From: an uncultured Bacteroidales bacterium
GTDB lineage: Bacteria > Bacteroidota > Bacteroidia > Bacteroidales > WCHB1-69
Assembly (NCBI GenBank): GCA_946624065.1
Contig: CAMORT010000006.1
Span: forward strand, 339-64,338
DNA length: 64,000 bases
Direction: 5' to 3'
Both the position numbers and the translations under genes were made by a program. The notes under the pieces were generated by a model. It was given only the letters and a program-made list of their open reading frames with translations. It made no database searches and was not told the DNA's origin. Position 1 is the stretch's first letter, and each line of letters opens with the position of its first letter. Shown piece after piece: positions 39,936 through 50,096 of this stretch.

Positions 39936-41743
39936 TGTTCAACTGGGGATCGCACAGGGAATACAACAGCAAGCGTAAGCTGCATATTGCCACATACAAG
40001 GATAGTGTGCGCCGCATTTTGCAAATATGCAGCGCTGTTATATCTCTTGTGACGATTGTCTGTATCATCTGCTACCATGGAATGTACATCTCCCTGGAAG
40101 CCAAAAACATAATTCGGATCATTATCCACGGAAGCTTATGCTTCTATGTGGTGAAATACTTTGTGCTTCTTTTCTACTCACTACACCGAAGGGATTACCT
40201 GAAAAAATCCTGGTTTGAGGGTGTTATCATCTTCCTGCTGATTGCGCAGTTTTTGTCTGTGCACATCTTCCACCTCAGTTTGGATCTTTTCGAATCGGAG
40301 AACTTTGAAAACTACTATCTGCTCTTCATACAGTTCTATTTCCTGATCATCGTACTGATTGAGTTCACCAAGGCAAACGGTTTCTTAGGAAAATTCAACT
40401 TAAGCCCGCCTCTGCTCATGGTGGCTTCCTTTTTCATTTTGATAGCTTTCGGAACCCTGCTGCTTTGCATGCCGCGCATGACGGTCAACGGAATCTCCTT
40501 CGTGGATGCGCTGTTTACGGCCACGAGCGCCAGCTGCATCACCGGACTTACGGTGGTGAGCACCGGCACCTGCTTCACCGTGAAAGGCCAAGTGGTTATC
40601 ATGATCCTGATTCAGTTGGGCGGTATCAGTATCTTGTCATTCGCCACGTTTTTCACTACCTTTTTATCAAAATCTTTCGTCGGACTCCGCTACCAATACA
40701 TGTTGCGCGACATGTTGGACACCAATCAATTGTCCGAATCGGTGGCATTGCTGCGCAGCATCGTACTCACCACCGCCATTATTGAGTTTTCGGGCGTGGC
40801 ATTGCTTTATACCTATTGGAACACCACCGGATTCTTCACCACAAACTCCGAAAACCTCTTCTATTCATTATTTTATACCATTTCGGCCTTCAACAACGGT
40901 GGTTTTGTGCTGATGGACAAGAGTCTGCTTGACTTAGGTGTATCCAACAGCTATTTTCCGCAGACCATTATTGCGGTTTTGGTGTTCTTAGGCGGCATCG
41001 GATTTCTCACCATTCGTGATTTCTTCAGTGCGCGCCGCATTCGTGAACGCAAAAAGCATCAGTGGAAGGGGTTGATGCCGCAAACCAGAATCATCCTCAC
41101 CACCACTTTCGCCATCATCCTGATTTGCACCTTAATCTTTTTCCTCATCGAAAAAGACCATGCACTTAGCGGACAAAAGAGTTTTTTTGACAAAATCTTC
41201 ACTTCATTCTTCCAGATTATCACTTGCCGCACATCAGGATTTATGGTTTTGGATGTGAATACGATGGCATTGCCCACGATGATTATGATTACGCTGATCA
41301 TCTTCATTGGCGGTTCTCCCGGTTCCACCGCTGGCGGCGTGAAAACCACTACGCTTTTTGTGCTTATCAAGTCTGTGTTAGCCACCATTCAAGGGAAGAA
41401 AAACATTGAGTACAAGCACCGTACCATACATTTTTCGCTGGTTGACCGGGCTTATTCCATCATCCTCATGTCCTTGGCTTTCATTTTAATATCCTGTTTC
41501 CTCATCACGCTGGTGCAGCCCGATGTGTCGCTCAATCATGCGATTTTTGAAACCACTTCCGCCTTTACCACTTGCGGTCTTTCCTCCGGCGCCCCCGCCG
41601 ACTGGTGCAATGCCGCTAAAATCATTCTGGTAATCAACATGTACATCGGCCGTATCGGAACGCTTACGCTGGCCTTTGCCCTCACCAAGCACAGAAAAGA
41701 GTCACAACACACCTACCCCAACCTCTATCTGATGGTGGGTTAA
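39935..41743 (+). CDS. TrkH/KtrB potassium uptake membrane subunit with extra N-terminal TM segments
   Basis: TSASCITGL, SAFNNGGF, RTSGF, GGSPGSTAGGVK and SAFTTCGLS pore loops. Confidence 0.93.
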   Translation: MFNWGSHREYNSKRKLHIATYKDSVRRILQICSAVISLVTIVCIICYHGMYISLEAKNIIRIIIHGSLCFYVVKYFVLLFYSLHRRDYLKKSWFEGVIIFLLIAQFLSVHIFHLSLDLFESENFENYYLLFIQFYFLIIVLIEFTKANGFLGKFNLSPPLLMVASFFILIAFGTLLLCMPRMTVNGISFVDALFTATSASCITGLTVVSTGTCFTVKGQVVIMILIQLGGISILSFATFFTTFLSKSFVGLRYQYMLRDMLDTNQLSESVALLRSIVLTTAIIEFSGVALLYTYWNTTGFFTTNSENLFYSLFYTISAFNNGGFVLMDKSLLDLGVSNSYFPQTIIAVLVFLGGIGFLTIRDFFSARRIRERKKHQWKGLMPQTRIILTTTFAIILICTLIFFLIEKDHALSGQKSFFDKIFTSFFQIITCRTSGFMVLDVNTMALPTMIMITLIIFIGGSPGSTAGGVKTTTLFVLIKSVLATIQGKKNIEYKHRTIHFSLVDRAYSIILMSLAFILISCFLITLVQPDVSLNHAIFETTSAFTTCGLSSGAPADWCNAAKIILVINMYIGRIGTLTLAFALTKHRKESQHTYPNLYLMVG

Positions 41744-41851
41744 AAGCAATCCTTTTCGTAAATATTTATTGTATGTGTAAGAATATTTTATTATTTTTGC
41801 GCTCCGTATGTTTGTTTGTTAAAAATCAAATAATCAAATAAATACATTGAA

Positions 41852-43678
41852 ATGAAAAGAATTTATGTTTTAGGTTTCGCTGTTTTGATTGCAGCAATGA
41901 TGACCAGTTGCGGTTTCGGCAAGATGGTTACCAAGTATCCGGAGGTTTCTGTCACCCTGGACAATCCTGATCTGGAGAACAAAGGCGGACAAGTGGCCTA
42001 CACTATCAAAGGCACATTCCCGCCCAAATACATGAAAAAGAAAGCTGTTGTGACCTTGTCACCGACCTTGAAAGTGGACGGCACCAACCTCAGCACTCCT
42101 TTCACCACCATCAAACTGAAAGGTGAGAAAGCCAAAGGCGACGGCACTGTCATCAGTTGGAAAAAAGGCGGCAGTTTCACACAATCCGGCACTTTCAAGT
42201 TTGATCCCAGCTATGAAGATGCTGAAATCGTGGCCCCGGCTATTGCCCAAATCAAGAAGAAATCCACCACACTGAGCCCGGAAAAGAATCTTGGCGAAGG
42301 CATCTCCAACACCTCTTCCCGCATCGGTTTGCAACCCAAGAGCACTTACGAAGCCACCAGCGGCAATTTCATTCACTCTCCGCACAACTTCAAGCCCGAG
42401 TTCATCGGCAAAACGGCCACCATTTACTTCGACCTCAACAGTTCCAATATGAACTGGAGCAACAAGAACAACAAATCACAGGCCGCCAAGGACTCCATCA
42501 AAGCGTTTACTGATTTTCTGTACAACGACAATATCATCGACCGTGTGGTCATCTCCGGCTGGGCATCACCCGAAGGTGAGGAAAGCAACAACCAGGGTTT
42601 GTCTGAAAGACGTTTCGAACAAGGCAAGAAATGGTTCCAAGACCAGTTTGAAAAATACCTGAAAGATTATGCCAAGAAGAACAAAATCAAACTGAAAGAC
42701 CTGCAAAGACCTGAATTCCAATATGTAAACAATGCCAAAGGTGAAGACTGGGACGGTTTTGAAGCCGCTATTGAAAAATCCAATATTGCCCAGAAGAACC
42801 AGATCTTGAATGTGGTTCGTTCCCAAGCCAACAACGACATGCGCGAGCAGAAGATTCGCGAGATGACGGACATCTATCCTGAGATTGCCGACGCCATCCT
42901 TCCTCCGCTGCGCCGCGCCGAAATGCAACTCATCTGCAAGAAGCATGAAACCTATACCGACGCCGAACTGGTGAGCCATGTGAAATCCAACCCGAACGAC
43001 TTCTCCATCAACGAGCGTCTGTATGCCGCTTCTGTGGCCACTTCCGTGGAAGACCAGGAGACCATCTACAAAGCGCTGATTCGCGACCCGAAGACTCAAG
43101 GCGACTGGCGTGCCTACAACGACCTGGGCGTTCTTTACCTCAACAAATATTACAACGATGGCTCTGAAAATGATTTGGAAGAGGCCATCAGCAATTTCAA
43201 CAAAGCCGCTGCCATCTCCCCCGACAATGGTATTGTGCTCAACAACTTGGCCGTGGCCGAATTCCTGCAAGGCAACCACGATGCCGCCAGAGCCAACTTC
43301 GAAGCATCCCAAAAAGCCGCTGTCAGCCCCGTCAGCCAATCCTACGCACTGGGCATGTACTCCATCCTTGATGGCGATTACACCAAAGCAGCCCAGATGA
43401 TCGGCGGTGTGAGCTGTGATTACAACACCGCGCTGGTCCAACTGCTCAACAAAGACTATCCGACAGCAAAAGCCACCTTGGACTGCATCCAAAATGTGGA
43501 TGCCAAGACCGCTTATCTGAAAGCCGTGCTGGCTGCCCGCATGAAAGATGAAAACGGCGTGTATAGCAATCTCGCCACTGCCGTACAACTGGATCCTTCT
43601 TACAAAAAGACCGCTAAACGCGATGCCGAATTCAAGAAATACAAAAGAACAGAAACATTCAAGAACATCGTGAAATAG
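41852..43678 (+). CDS. Lipoprotein with OmpA-like domain and TPR repeats
   Basis: Lipobox MTSC, SGWASPEG...NQGLSERR, GEDWDGF and C-terminal TPRs. Confidence 0.85.
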   Translation: MKRIYVLGFAVLIAAMMTSCGFGKMVTKYPEVSVTLDNPDLENKGGQVAYTIKGTFPPKYMKKKAVVTLSPTLKVDGTNLSTPFTTIKLKGEKAKGDGTVISWKKGGSFTQSGTFKFDPSYEDAEIVAPAIAQIKKKSTTLSPEKNLGEGISNTSSRIGLQPKSTYEATSGNFIHSPHNFKPEFIGKTATIYFDLNSSNMNWSNKNNKSQAAKDSIKAFTDFLYNDNIIDRVVISGWASPEGEESNNQGLSERRFEQGKKWFQDQFEKYLKDYAKKNKIKLKDLQRPEFQYVNNAKGEDWDGFEAAIEKSNIAQKNQILNVVRSQANNDMREQKIREMTDIYPEIADAILPPLRRAEMQLICKKHETYTDAELVSHVKSNPNDFSINERLYAASVATSVEDQETIYKALIRDPKTQGDWRAYNDLGVLYLNKYYNDGSENDLEEAISNFNKAAAISPDNGIVLNNLAVAEFLQGNHDAARANFEASQKAAVSPVSQSYALGMYSILDGDYTKAAQMIGGVSCDYNTALVQLLNKDYPTAKATLDCIQNVDAKTAYLKAVLAARMKDENGVYSNLATAVQLDPSYKKTAKRDAEFKKYKRTETFKNIVK

Positions 43679-43701
43679 TTGAGAAAGAAAAAGATATTTA
43701 C

Positions 43702-43729
43702 AGGCGTGCCAGAATGGTACGCCTTTTTT
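43702..43729 (+). terminator. Intrinsic terminator
   Basis: aggcgtgcca-gaa-tggtacgcct followed by a T tract. Confidence 0.75.
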
Positions 43730-43787
43730 AATATCTTTGCAATCACTGACTTAATACAAAAGATTTCTATAACCCATTGACAATAAG

Positions 43788-44660
43788 ATGATTAAAGAAA
43801 ACCGTAATATGGCTATCGCGTACGATTTTGATGGTACGCTGGCACCGGGCAACATGCAGGAGTACAACTTCATACCCGACCTCAACATGGACAAGGGTGA
43901 GTTTTGGCAGGAGGCGAACGAACTGGCCAAAAAGCACGACATGGATGAGGTGCTCGCCTATATGCACCTGATGCTTATCAAAGCCAAGGAAAAAAACATC
44001 CCCATTCGGGAAGAGGCCTTTATGAAATATGGTGAAAAAATCACCTTTTTTGAGGGCGTGGAGACTTATTTTGAGCGCATTAACGCCTACGCTGCCTCCA
44101 AAAACATGCATTTGGAGCATTTTATCATCTCATCCGGCCTGCGCGAGTTTGTGAAAGGCACTGCTATAGCCAAACATTTCAAGACCATCTTCGCTTCCGG
44201 CTTTGAGTATGACGAGCATGGCGTGGCCTGCTGGCCTGCCCTGGTGGTGAACTACACTAACAAAACGCAATATCTGTTCCGCATCAACAAAGGCATCTAC
44301 AACTCGTATGACAATACACTGATTAACAAGTCGATGCCCGAAGACGAACGCGCGGTGCCCTTTTCCAACTTCATCTACATCGGCGATGGTGAAACGGATG
44401 TCCCGGCCATGAAAATGGTGAACCTTTATGGTGGCACCACCATTGCCGTATATAATCCCGCCTCTGTAGCCACCCCGCACAGACCCAAATCCTCCAAAGA
44501 CATCTGCCTCGACCTCATCCGCCAAAACCGCGCCGACTACATCGCACCCACCAACTATACCGAAGGCGGGGAGTTGGACATCATGTTGAAGAAAATCATC
44601 GACAAAACCGCTATGGAGCAGGACTTGCTGCATATCAAATACAAGGAAGTAAGTAAATAA
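43788..44660 (+). CDS. HAD superfamily hydrolase
   Basis: YDFDGTL, IISSG, NKTQ and YIGDGETDVP. Confidence 0.88.
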   Translation: MIKENRNMAIAYDFDGTLAPGNMQEYNFIPDLNMDKGEFWQEANELAKKHDMDEVLAYMHLMLIKAKEKNIPIREEAFMKYGEKITFFEGVETYFERINAYAASKNMHLEHFIISSGLREFVKGTAIAKHFKTIFASGFEYDEHGVACWPALVVNYTNKTQYLFRINKGIYNSYDNTLINKSMPEDERAVPFSNFIYIGDGETDVPAMKMVNLYGGTTIAVYNPASVATPHRPKSSKDICLDLIRQNRADYIAPTNYTEGGELDIMLKKIIDKTAMEQDLLHIKYKEVSK

Positions 44661-44677
44661 CTTAAAATCAGCATACT

Positions 44678-45289
44678 ATGGAAAGCACATCTCCCATTCC
44701 AGTGAAAATAACCCCCATGACAAGGGAGGAATTCAAAGGGAAAGACAAAAAACTGATTATTCATTACAGTTTCATCTCTGTCTTAGGGGGCAAAGTGCTT
44801 GTGGCCTCTACCCAAAAGGGAGTATGTCTGATGATGCCGGGCGATATGAAATGGAATCCTGTGGAAACGCTGAAAAAACACTTCCCGAAGGCCAGTTTCC
44901 GTTGTCAGAAGGTGGCTGCGCACAAAAACATCTCCTTGTTGCTACGAGGCAAATGGGACAGTGGAAAGGAAATACCGCTTCATTTATATGGCACCCCGTT
45001 CCAGCTGGCGGTGTGGGAGGATTTGCTGACGGTACCCGCTGGCAAAGTGACCACATATCTAAACATTGCGGAGCGGGTGGGGAAACCGCGTGCGGCCAGG
45101 GCTGTCGGCAAAGCGGTAGGCAGCAACCCTGTCTTGTATGTAATTCCCTGTCACCGAGTTATTTGCTCTAACGGCAAGCTCGGTGGTTATCGTTGGGGCG
45201 TGGAGCGCAAAATCAAAATCCTGAACAAAGAGGCGCGCAAATCCCGCAAAATCAAAAACGCCTCCAACTGGGAACCCACACTTTTTTAG
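44678..45289 (+). CDS. Methylated-DNA--protein-cysteine methyltransferase
   Basis: GTPFQLAVW, ARAVG and the IPCHRV active site. Confidence 0.93.
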   Translation: MESTSPIPVKITPMTREEFKGKDKKLIIHYSFISVLGGKVLVASTQKGVCLMMPGDMKWNPVETLKKHFPKASFRCQKVAAHKNISLLLRGKWDSGKEIPLHLYGTPFQLAVWEDLLTVPAGKVTTYLNIAERVGKPRAARAVGKAVGSNPVLYVIPCHRVICSNGKLGGYRWGVERKIKILNKEARKSRKIKNASNWEPTLF

Positions 45290-45345
45290 TTAATAGTTGA
45301 TATATAATAGTTTATAGTTTATAGTTTATAGTTTATAGTTTATAG
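45290..45345. repeat. Heptamer microsatellite (TTTATAG)x5 plus degenerate in-register units
   Basis: 45311-45345 holds five exact copies, preceded by ttaatag ttgatat ataatag. Confidence 0.95.
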
Positions 45346-45404
45346 TTAATTAATCTTCACCTCCTTCACCCATTTTACCCCTTGTCCCCCATTCACCCAA
45401 TCTC

Positions 45405-47903
45405 ATGCGTGTCACCCACTTTGTCGATATTCTCCTGCCTCTGCCGCTGCCCGCACTGTACACCTACCGTGTGCCGTACGAGCTGGACGATGCCGTGAAA
45501 TTTGGTGTTCGCGTCATTGTCCCCTTCGGGCGCAGCAAACTCTACTCTGCCTTGGTGGTGCGCGTGCATGAAAACGCCCCGCAAGTCACCGCCAAATACA
45601 TCCTGGATGTGGTGGACGACCGACCTGTGATTTCCGAGCGGCAATTCCAACTATGGCAATGGATGGCCAACTACTATTTGTGCACACTGGGCGAAGTGAT
45701 GGCCGCCGCACTGCCCTCCGCCCTCAAACTGGCCTCTGAAACCAAAATCTACCTTCATCCCGACTTCAACGGGGATGTCTCTTCCCTTAACCCCAACGAA
45801 CTCCGCATTACTGAAGCGCTGACCTACCACGAGACTATGACGGTGGATGAAATCAGTAAAACCATCCAAATTCAAAAAGTCATCCCCATCATCAAATCAT
45901 TGGTTGATAAGAAGATAGTGGTCACAGACGAGGAGGTTCGGAACCGTTATAAGGCCAAAAGGGAAACCGTCATCCGACTGGCAGATGAATATGCGAGCGA
46001 GCCCGCGTTTATGGCATTGCTGGACCAGTTGAACTTGTCGCCCAAAACTGCCCCACAGGCCGATGTTTTGCTGGCGTTCATCATGCAGACCAAAAACAAA
46101 AAGGGTTACGATTTTGCTTGTAAAGTTCCGAAAAACAAATTGTTAGAGTCGGGCAACATAACACCCGCGCGATTGCAGACCTTGATCAAAAAAGAGTTTT
46201 TGATTTCAGAAGACATCGTCATCTCACGCTTGACGGATTATTCTTCTGCGGAGAAAGCGTCTGATATTCTGCTTTCCGAACCTCAACAAAAGGCGTTTGA
46301 ACAAATTCACGAGCAGTTCGATTCGTTTCCTGTTGTGCTGTTGCACGGCGTAACCGGCAGCGGAAAGACCGAGATTTACATCAAACTCATTGACGAAGTG
46401 CTGCAACAGGGCAAACAAGTGCTCTATTTGCTGCCCGAAATCGCCCTCACATCACAAATTGTGAACCGCCTTCGCAAATTTTTTGGCGAAAAGGTGGGGG
46501 TTTACCATTCCCGATTCAACGAATATGAGCGGGTGGAAATTTGGAACCGAGTGCTGGAACAGGATTCTGATGCGGCGCAATTATCTAAATATCAGCTGAT
46601 TCTGGGCGCAAGATCCGCTCTTTTGCTCCCATACAAGAACTTAGGACTCATCATTGTGGATGAAGAGCACGATGCCTCGTACAAACAGCAGGACCCCGCA
46701 CCGCGCTATCACGCCCGCGACTGTGCCATTGTGTTGGCCAATATGCATAATGCCAAAACTTTGCTGGGCACGGCAACTCCCTCGTTGGAAAGTTATTATA
46801 ATGTAAAACAGAACAAATACGGACTGGTGACGCTGACTCAGCGTTTCGCCCTAAGCAAATTGCCCCAAATTTGGGTAGTGAACATGGTTGAAGCGAGAAA
46901 GCAGCATCAGGTACAAGGACTGTTCTCCGATTTTCTGGTGGAGCAAATCGGCAAAGCTTTGGACAACAAAGAACAGGTCATCCTCTTCCAAAACCGGCGC
47001 GGCTATGCGATACGGATGATCTGCAACACCTGTCAAACCATGCCTACTTGCAAATATTGCGATGTGACACTGACCTACCACAAGAAATCAAGACTGCTGA
47101 AATGCCATTATTGCGGCTATGCGATTGATGTGCCAAAGCAGTGTCCCGCTTGCGGTAGCACAGACATAGAAATGAAAGGATTCGGAACAGAAAAGGTAGA
47201 AGACACCTTAGCGGAAATTTTCCCGAACGCCGCCATTGCCCGCATGGATCTGGACACCACCCGTTCAAAGAATGGTTATCAGCAGATTATCAGTGATTTT
47301 GAGCACCACAAAACGGACATTCTCGTTGGCACACAGATGGTTACCAAAGGTTTGGATTTCGATAGGGTAAGTGTGGTAGGCATCTTGAATGCCGACTCGC
47401 TGATCTCCTTCCCGGATTTTCGTTCGTTCGAGAGGGCGTTTCAGCTGCTGGCGCAGGTGAGCGGGCGCGCGGGCCGGAAGGAGGTGCCCGGCAAGGTGGT
47501 CATCCAGTCGTACCAGCCCCAACATCCGGCACTTAAATATGTGGAAACCAATGATTTCATGGCTATGTACAACAGCCAGATTGCCGAACGTCAGGAGTAT
47601 CATTATCCTCCCGTGACCCGATTGGTGAAGATTACGCTAAAGCATCCCGACGAGAAGGTGGTAACCGCAGCGGCTCAGGCACTGGCCACACCTTTGCGCG
47701 AGGCATTCCACGGTTGTGTGCTGGGCCCCGAAGCACCGCTGGTATCCCGCATACAAAACTACTATTTGGAAGATTTTTGGATTAAATTGCCAAAAGACAA
47801 CAAGTTGGAACAACGGAAAAAACAACTGTTGGAGATTACAGAATCATTTAAGCAGAATACCGCCTTCAAGTCTGTCCGGATAGTCATCAATGTGGACGCA
47901 TAG
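45405..47903 (+). CDS. priA: Primosomal protein N' (replication restart helicase)
   Basis: GVTGSGKTE, DEEHD, four CxxC pairs and QVSGRAGR. Confidence 0.98.
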   Translation: MRVTHFVDILLPLPLPALYTYRVPYELDDAVKFGVRVIVPFGRSKLYSALVVRVHENAPQVTAKYILDVVDDRPVISERQFQLWQWMANYYLCTLGEVMAAALPSALKLASETKIYLHPDFNGDVSSLNPNELRITEALTYHETMTVDEISKTIQIQKVIPIIKSLVDKKIVVTDEEVRNRYKAKRETVIRLADEYASEPAFMALLDQLNLSPKTAPQADVLLAFIMQTKNKKGYDFACKVPKNKLLESGNITPARLQTLIKKEFLISEDIVISRLTDYSSAEKASDILLSEPQQKAFEQIHEQFDSFPVVLLHGVTGSGKTEIYIKLIDEVLQQGKQVLYLLPEIALTSQIVNRLRKFFGEKVGVYHSRFNEYERVEIWNRVLEQDSDAAQLSKYQLILGARSALLLPYKNLGLIIVDEEHDASYKQQDPAPRYHARDCAIVLANMHNAKTLLGTATPSLESYYNVKQNKYGLVTLTQRFALSKLPQIWVVNMVEARKQHQVQGLFSDFLVEQIGKALDNKEQVILFQNRRGYAIRMICNTCQTMPTCKYCDVTLTYHKKSRLLKCHYCGYAIDVPKQCPACGSTDIEMKGFGTEKVEDTLAEIFPNAAIARMDLDTTRSKNGYQQIISDFEHHKTDILVGTQMVTKGLDFDRVSVVGILNADSLISFPDFRSFERAFQLLAQVSGRAGRKEVPGKVVIQSYQPQHPALKYVETNDFMAMYNSQIAERQEYHYPPVTRLVKITLKHPDEKVVTAAAQALATPLREAFHGCVLGPEAPLVSRIQNYYLEDFWIKLPKDNKLEQRKKQLLEITESFKQNTAFKSVRIVINVDA

Positions 47904-47947
47904 TTATTGCCTTTTTTGTATTTTTGCACACTTTTTAAAACAGCAAT

Positions 47948-49237
47948 ATGAAAGAAGTATCCGCCGAGAGCAAACAGAAAGCCATTGACATTTTAACCAA
48001 ACACAGCGACAGCAAACTGATCACGCATTTGAATGCCTGCGTACACTGCGGATTGTGCGAAACCAGTTGCCTGTTCTGGAAAACCTTCAAGGATCCCAAA
48101 TACATTCCGGGAAAGAAGGTCGATATGGTTTCTTCCATCTATCGTCGCTATTGCACTTTCTTGGGCAAGACCGCACCGAAACTCACGCATGCGCGCGAAC
48201 TGGATGAGAACACCCTGACTGAAATGGTTGACTCGCTGTTTGGTGCTTGCACCATGTGCGGTCGTTGTGTGAAGCATTGCTCCATTGGCGTGGACATTCC
48301 GTTTGTGGTACGCACCGGCCGCCGGATGCTGGCCACCATGGGCTTGGTACCCGAAACTTTACAGGCTACAGTAGATGCTGCCATCAACACCGGCAACAAC
48401 ATGGGCATTCCGACGGAAGACTTTGTCGATACCATTGAATGGATGGAGGAGGACTTGCAGGATGAGGTAGGTGAAGAGGCCAAGATTCCGTTGAACAAGG
48501 AAAATTCCGACATGCTCTACACGCTGAATCCGCGCGAACCCAAGTTTTTCCCGCTCTCCATTGCCGCCGCCGCTAAGATTTTCTACGCCGCTGGCGCTAA
48601 TTGGACACTCTCTACCGAGATGTACGATGTGACCAACTACGGCTATTTTTCTGGCAACGATGCGGAAGCCACTGCCATTGCCAAACACATGTTCGATGAG
48701 GTGCACAAACTGCACTGCAACACGCTGGTGCTCGGTGAGTGCGGCCACGGCTCGCGCGCCCTGCGATGGGAAGCCCCAAACTACCTCAAAATCCATCCGG
48801 ATTTTAAGATGATTACACTGATTGAACTGTTGGAAGAATACATCAAAACCGGAAAAATAAAAGTCGATAAAAACCTCAACACGAAGAAATACACCATCCA
48901 CGACCCGTGCAACATCACCCGCAACGGCGGACTTTACAACTCATTGCGTTATGTGGTGAGACAGGTGGTGCCTGAACTTATTGAGATGACACCCACAGGC
49001 AGCGACAATTTCTGTTGTGGCGGTGGTGGCGGCATGCTTGCCATGAGCGAATACAACGAGCGCCGCCTGAAAGTGGGTGAAATAAAAGCCAACCAAATTA
49101 AACAAACCGGTGCCAATGTGGTCATTACACCATGTCACAATTGCGTTGACCAACTTACCCAACTCAATCACACATACAATCTCAATGTGGAAATCAAATC
49201 GTTAGCGGAAGTGGTGGCTGACGCGTTAGTACTATAA
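47948..49237 (+). CDS. (Fe-S)-binding oxidoreductase with CCG domain (HdrD/DsrK/TmcB-like)
   Basis: CVHCGLCETSC and CTMCGRCVKHC ferredoxin motifs; ECGHG, HDPCN, CCGGGGG and PCHNC. Confidence 0.85.
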   Translation: MKEVSAESKQKAIDILTKHSDSKLITHLNACVHCGLCETSCLFWKTFKDPKYIPGKKVDMVSSIYRRYCTFLGKTAPKLTHARELDENTLTEMVDSLFGACTMCGRCVKHCSIGVDIPFVVRTGRRMLATMGLVPETLQATVDAAINTGNNMGIPTEDFVDTIEWMEEDLQDEVGEEAKIPLNKENSDMLYTLNPREPKFFPLSIAAAAKIFYAAGANWTLSTEMYDVTNYGYFSGNDAEATAIAKHMFDEVHKLHCNTLVLGECGHGSRALRWEAPNYLKIHPDFKMITLIELLEEYIKTGKIKVDKNLNTKKYTIHDPCNITRNGGLYNSLRYVVRQVVPELIEMTPTGSDNFCCGGGGGMLAMSEYNERRLKVGEIKANQIKQTGANVVITPCHNCVDQLTQLNHTYNLNVEIKSLAEVVADALVL

Positions 49238-49337
49238 TTTTATTCACATTTGATGTTTTATTTTTTTTTCATACGCTTAATTAAAAAATTGTATATCTTT
49301 GCCCCGAAAAAAATTTATTAACCAAAAATCCTAAATT

Positions 49338-50030
49338 ATGAAAAAAGTTTTTACCCTTGTTTTAACAGTTTTTGCTGTTTTCGCACTGAATGCACAAAAC
49401 GCTAAAATTATTCTTGAAGCCCATAATGTTTGGCAAGATGGCACTGGATACCAATTGTTGCTTGACGCTGACAATGCCGCTTATACAAGCAACTATGGTC
49501 CTAACTGCGGTTCTGCCTACACGGGTTGGGAGTACATGATTCCTGCTAACGCTTCCGCCAATGACGCAACCGCTGTTGCTGACGGTGCTGAAGCCATTCT
49601 GATTCCTGCTGGTACCTATTCTTACCTGATTTTGAATCCTAGCTGCGCTGGAGATGGTACCAATTACATTGCTTCCAACCAAATTGATCCTGCCAACACC
49701 ACGGACTATGTTTTCGAAGCCAACAAAACTTATCATTTCACAGCAGCCATGGGCCCCAACGGTAATAATGACGCTATTACCATTGTTGTTAGCGATGGTC
49801 TCGTAGGTATTGAAGAAGTGGAAAACACCACTTTCACCATCTATCCTAACCCTGCCACCACTTCCATTAAGGTTACTGGCGAAGGCAATGCCGTTATCTC
49901 CAACATCCTTGGTCAAACCGTTAAATCCGCTTCTGTAAACGGTGTTGCTGAAATCTCTGTCAGCGAACTCGAAAGCGGTGTCTATTTCATCAACATGAAT
50001 GGTGCTACCAAGAAATTCATCAAGAAGTAA
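49338..50030 (+). CDS. DUF2436-like domain protein with T9SS CTD
   Basis: AKIILEAHNVWQDGTGYQLLLDAD...WEYMIPANA...IPAGTY resembles gingipain DUF2436; IYPNP...KFIKK CTD. Confidence 0.8.
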   Translation: MKKVFTLVLTVFAVFALNAQNAKIILEAHNVWQDGTGYQLLLDADNAAYTSNYGPNCGSAYTGWEYMIPANASANDATAVADGAEAILIPAGTYSYLILNPSCAGDGTNYIASNQIDPANTTDYVFEANKTYHFTAAMGPNGNNDAITIVVSDGLVGIEEVENTTFTIYPNPATTSIKVTGEGNAVISNILGQTVKSASVNGVAEISVSELESGVYFINMNGATKKFIKK

Positions 50031-50051
50031 TTCTTTAACACAAACTTATAG

Positions 50052-50082
50052 AAAGGCGCTTCTTTACGAGGCGCCTTTTTTT
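50052..50082 (+). terminator. Intrinsic terminator
   Basis: aaaggcgcttc-tttac-gaggcgccttt plus a T tract. Confidence 0.8.
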
Positions 50083-50083
50083 G

Positions 50084-50091
50084 TACTTTTG
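50084..50091 (+). promoter_or_regulatory. Bacteroidota sigma-A -7 box (TACTTTTG) 5 nt upstream of the miaB ATG
   Basis: Matches the TAnnTTTG consensus. Equivalent boxes precede most transcription units here (for example near 2454, 6295, 24114, 39212, 47919, 53943 and 61623). Confidence 0.7.
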
Positions 50092-50096
50092 CCGCC

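Noticed and set aside
42566-43588. Long antisense ORFs (also 10018-10875, 34700-35686, 37931-38920, 51341-52342 and 52931-53767)
   Set aside because: These are shadow frames opposite well-supported genes, explained by codon bias, with no recognisable motifs.
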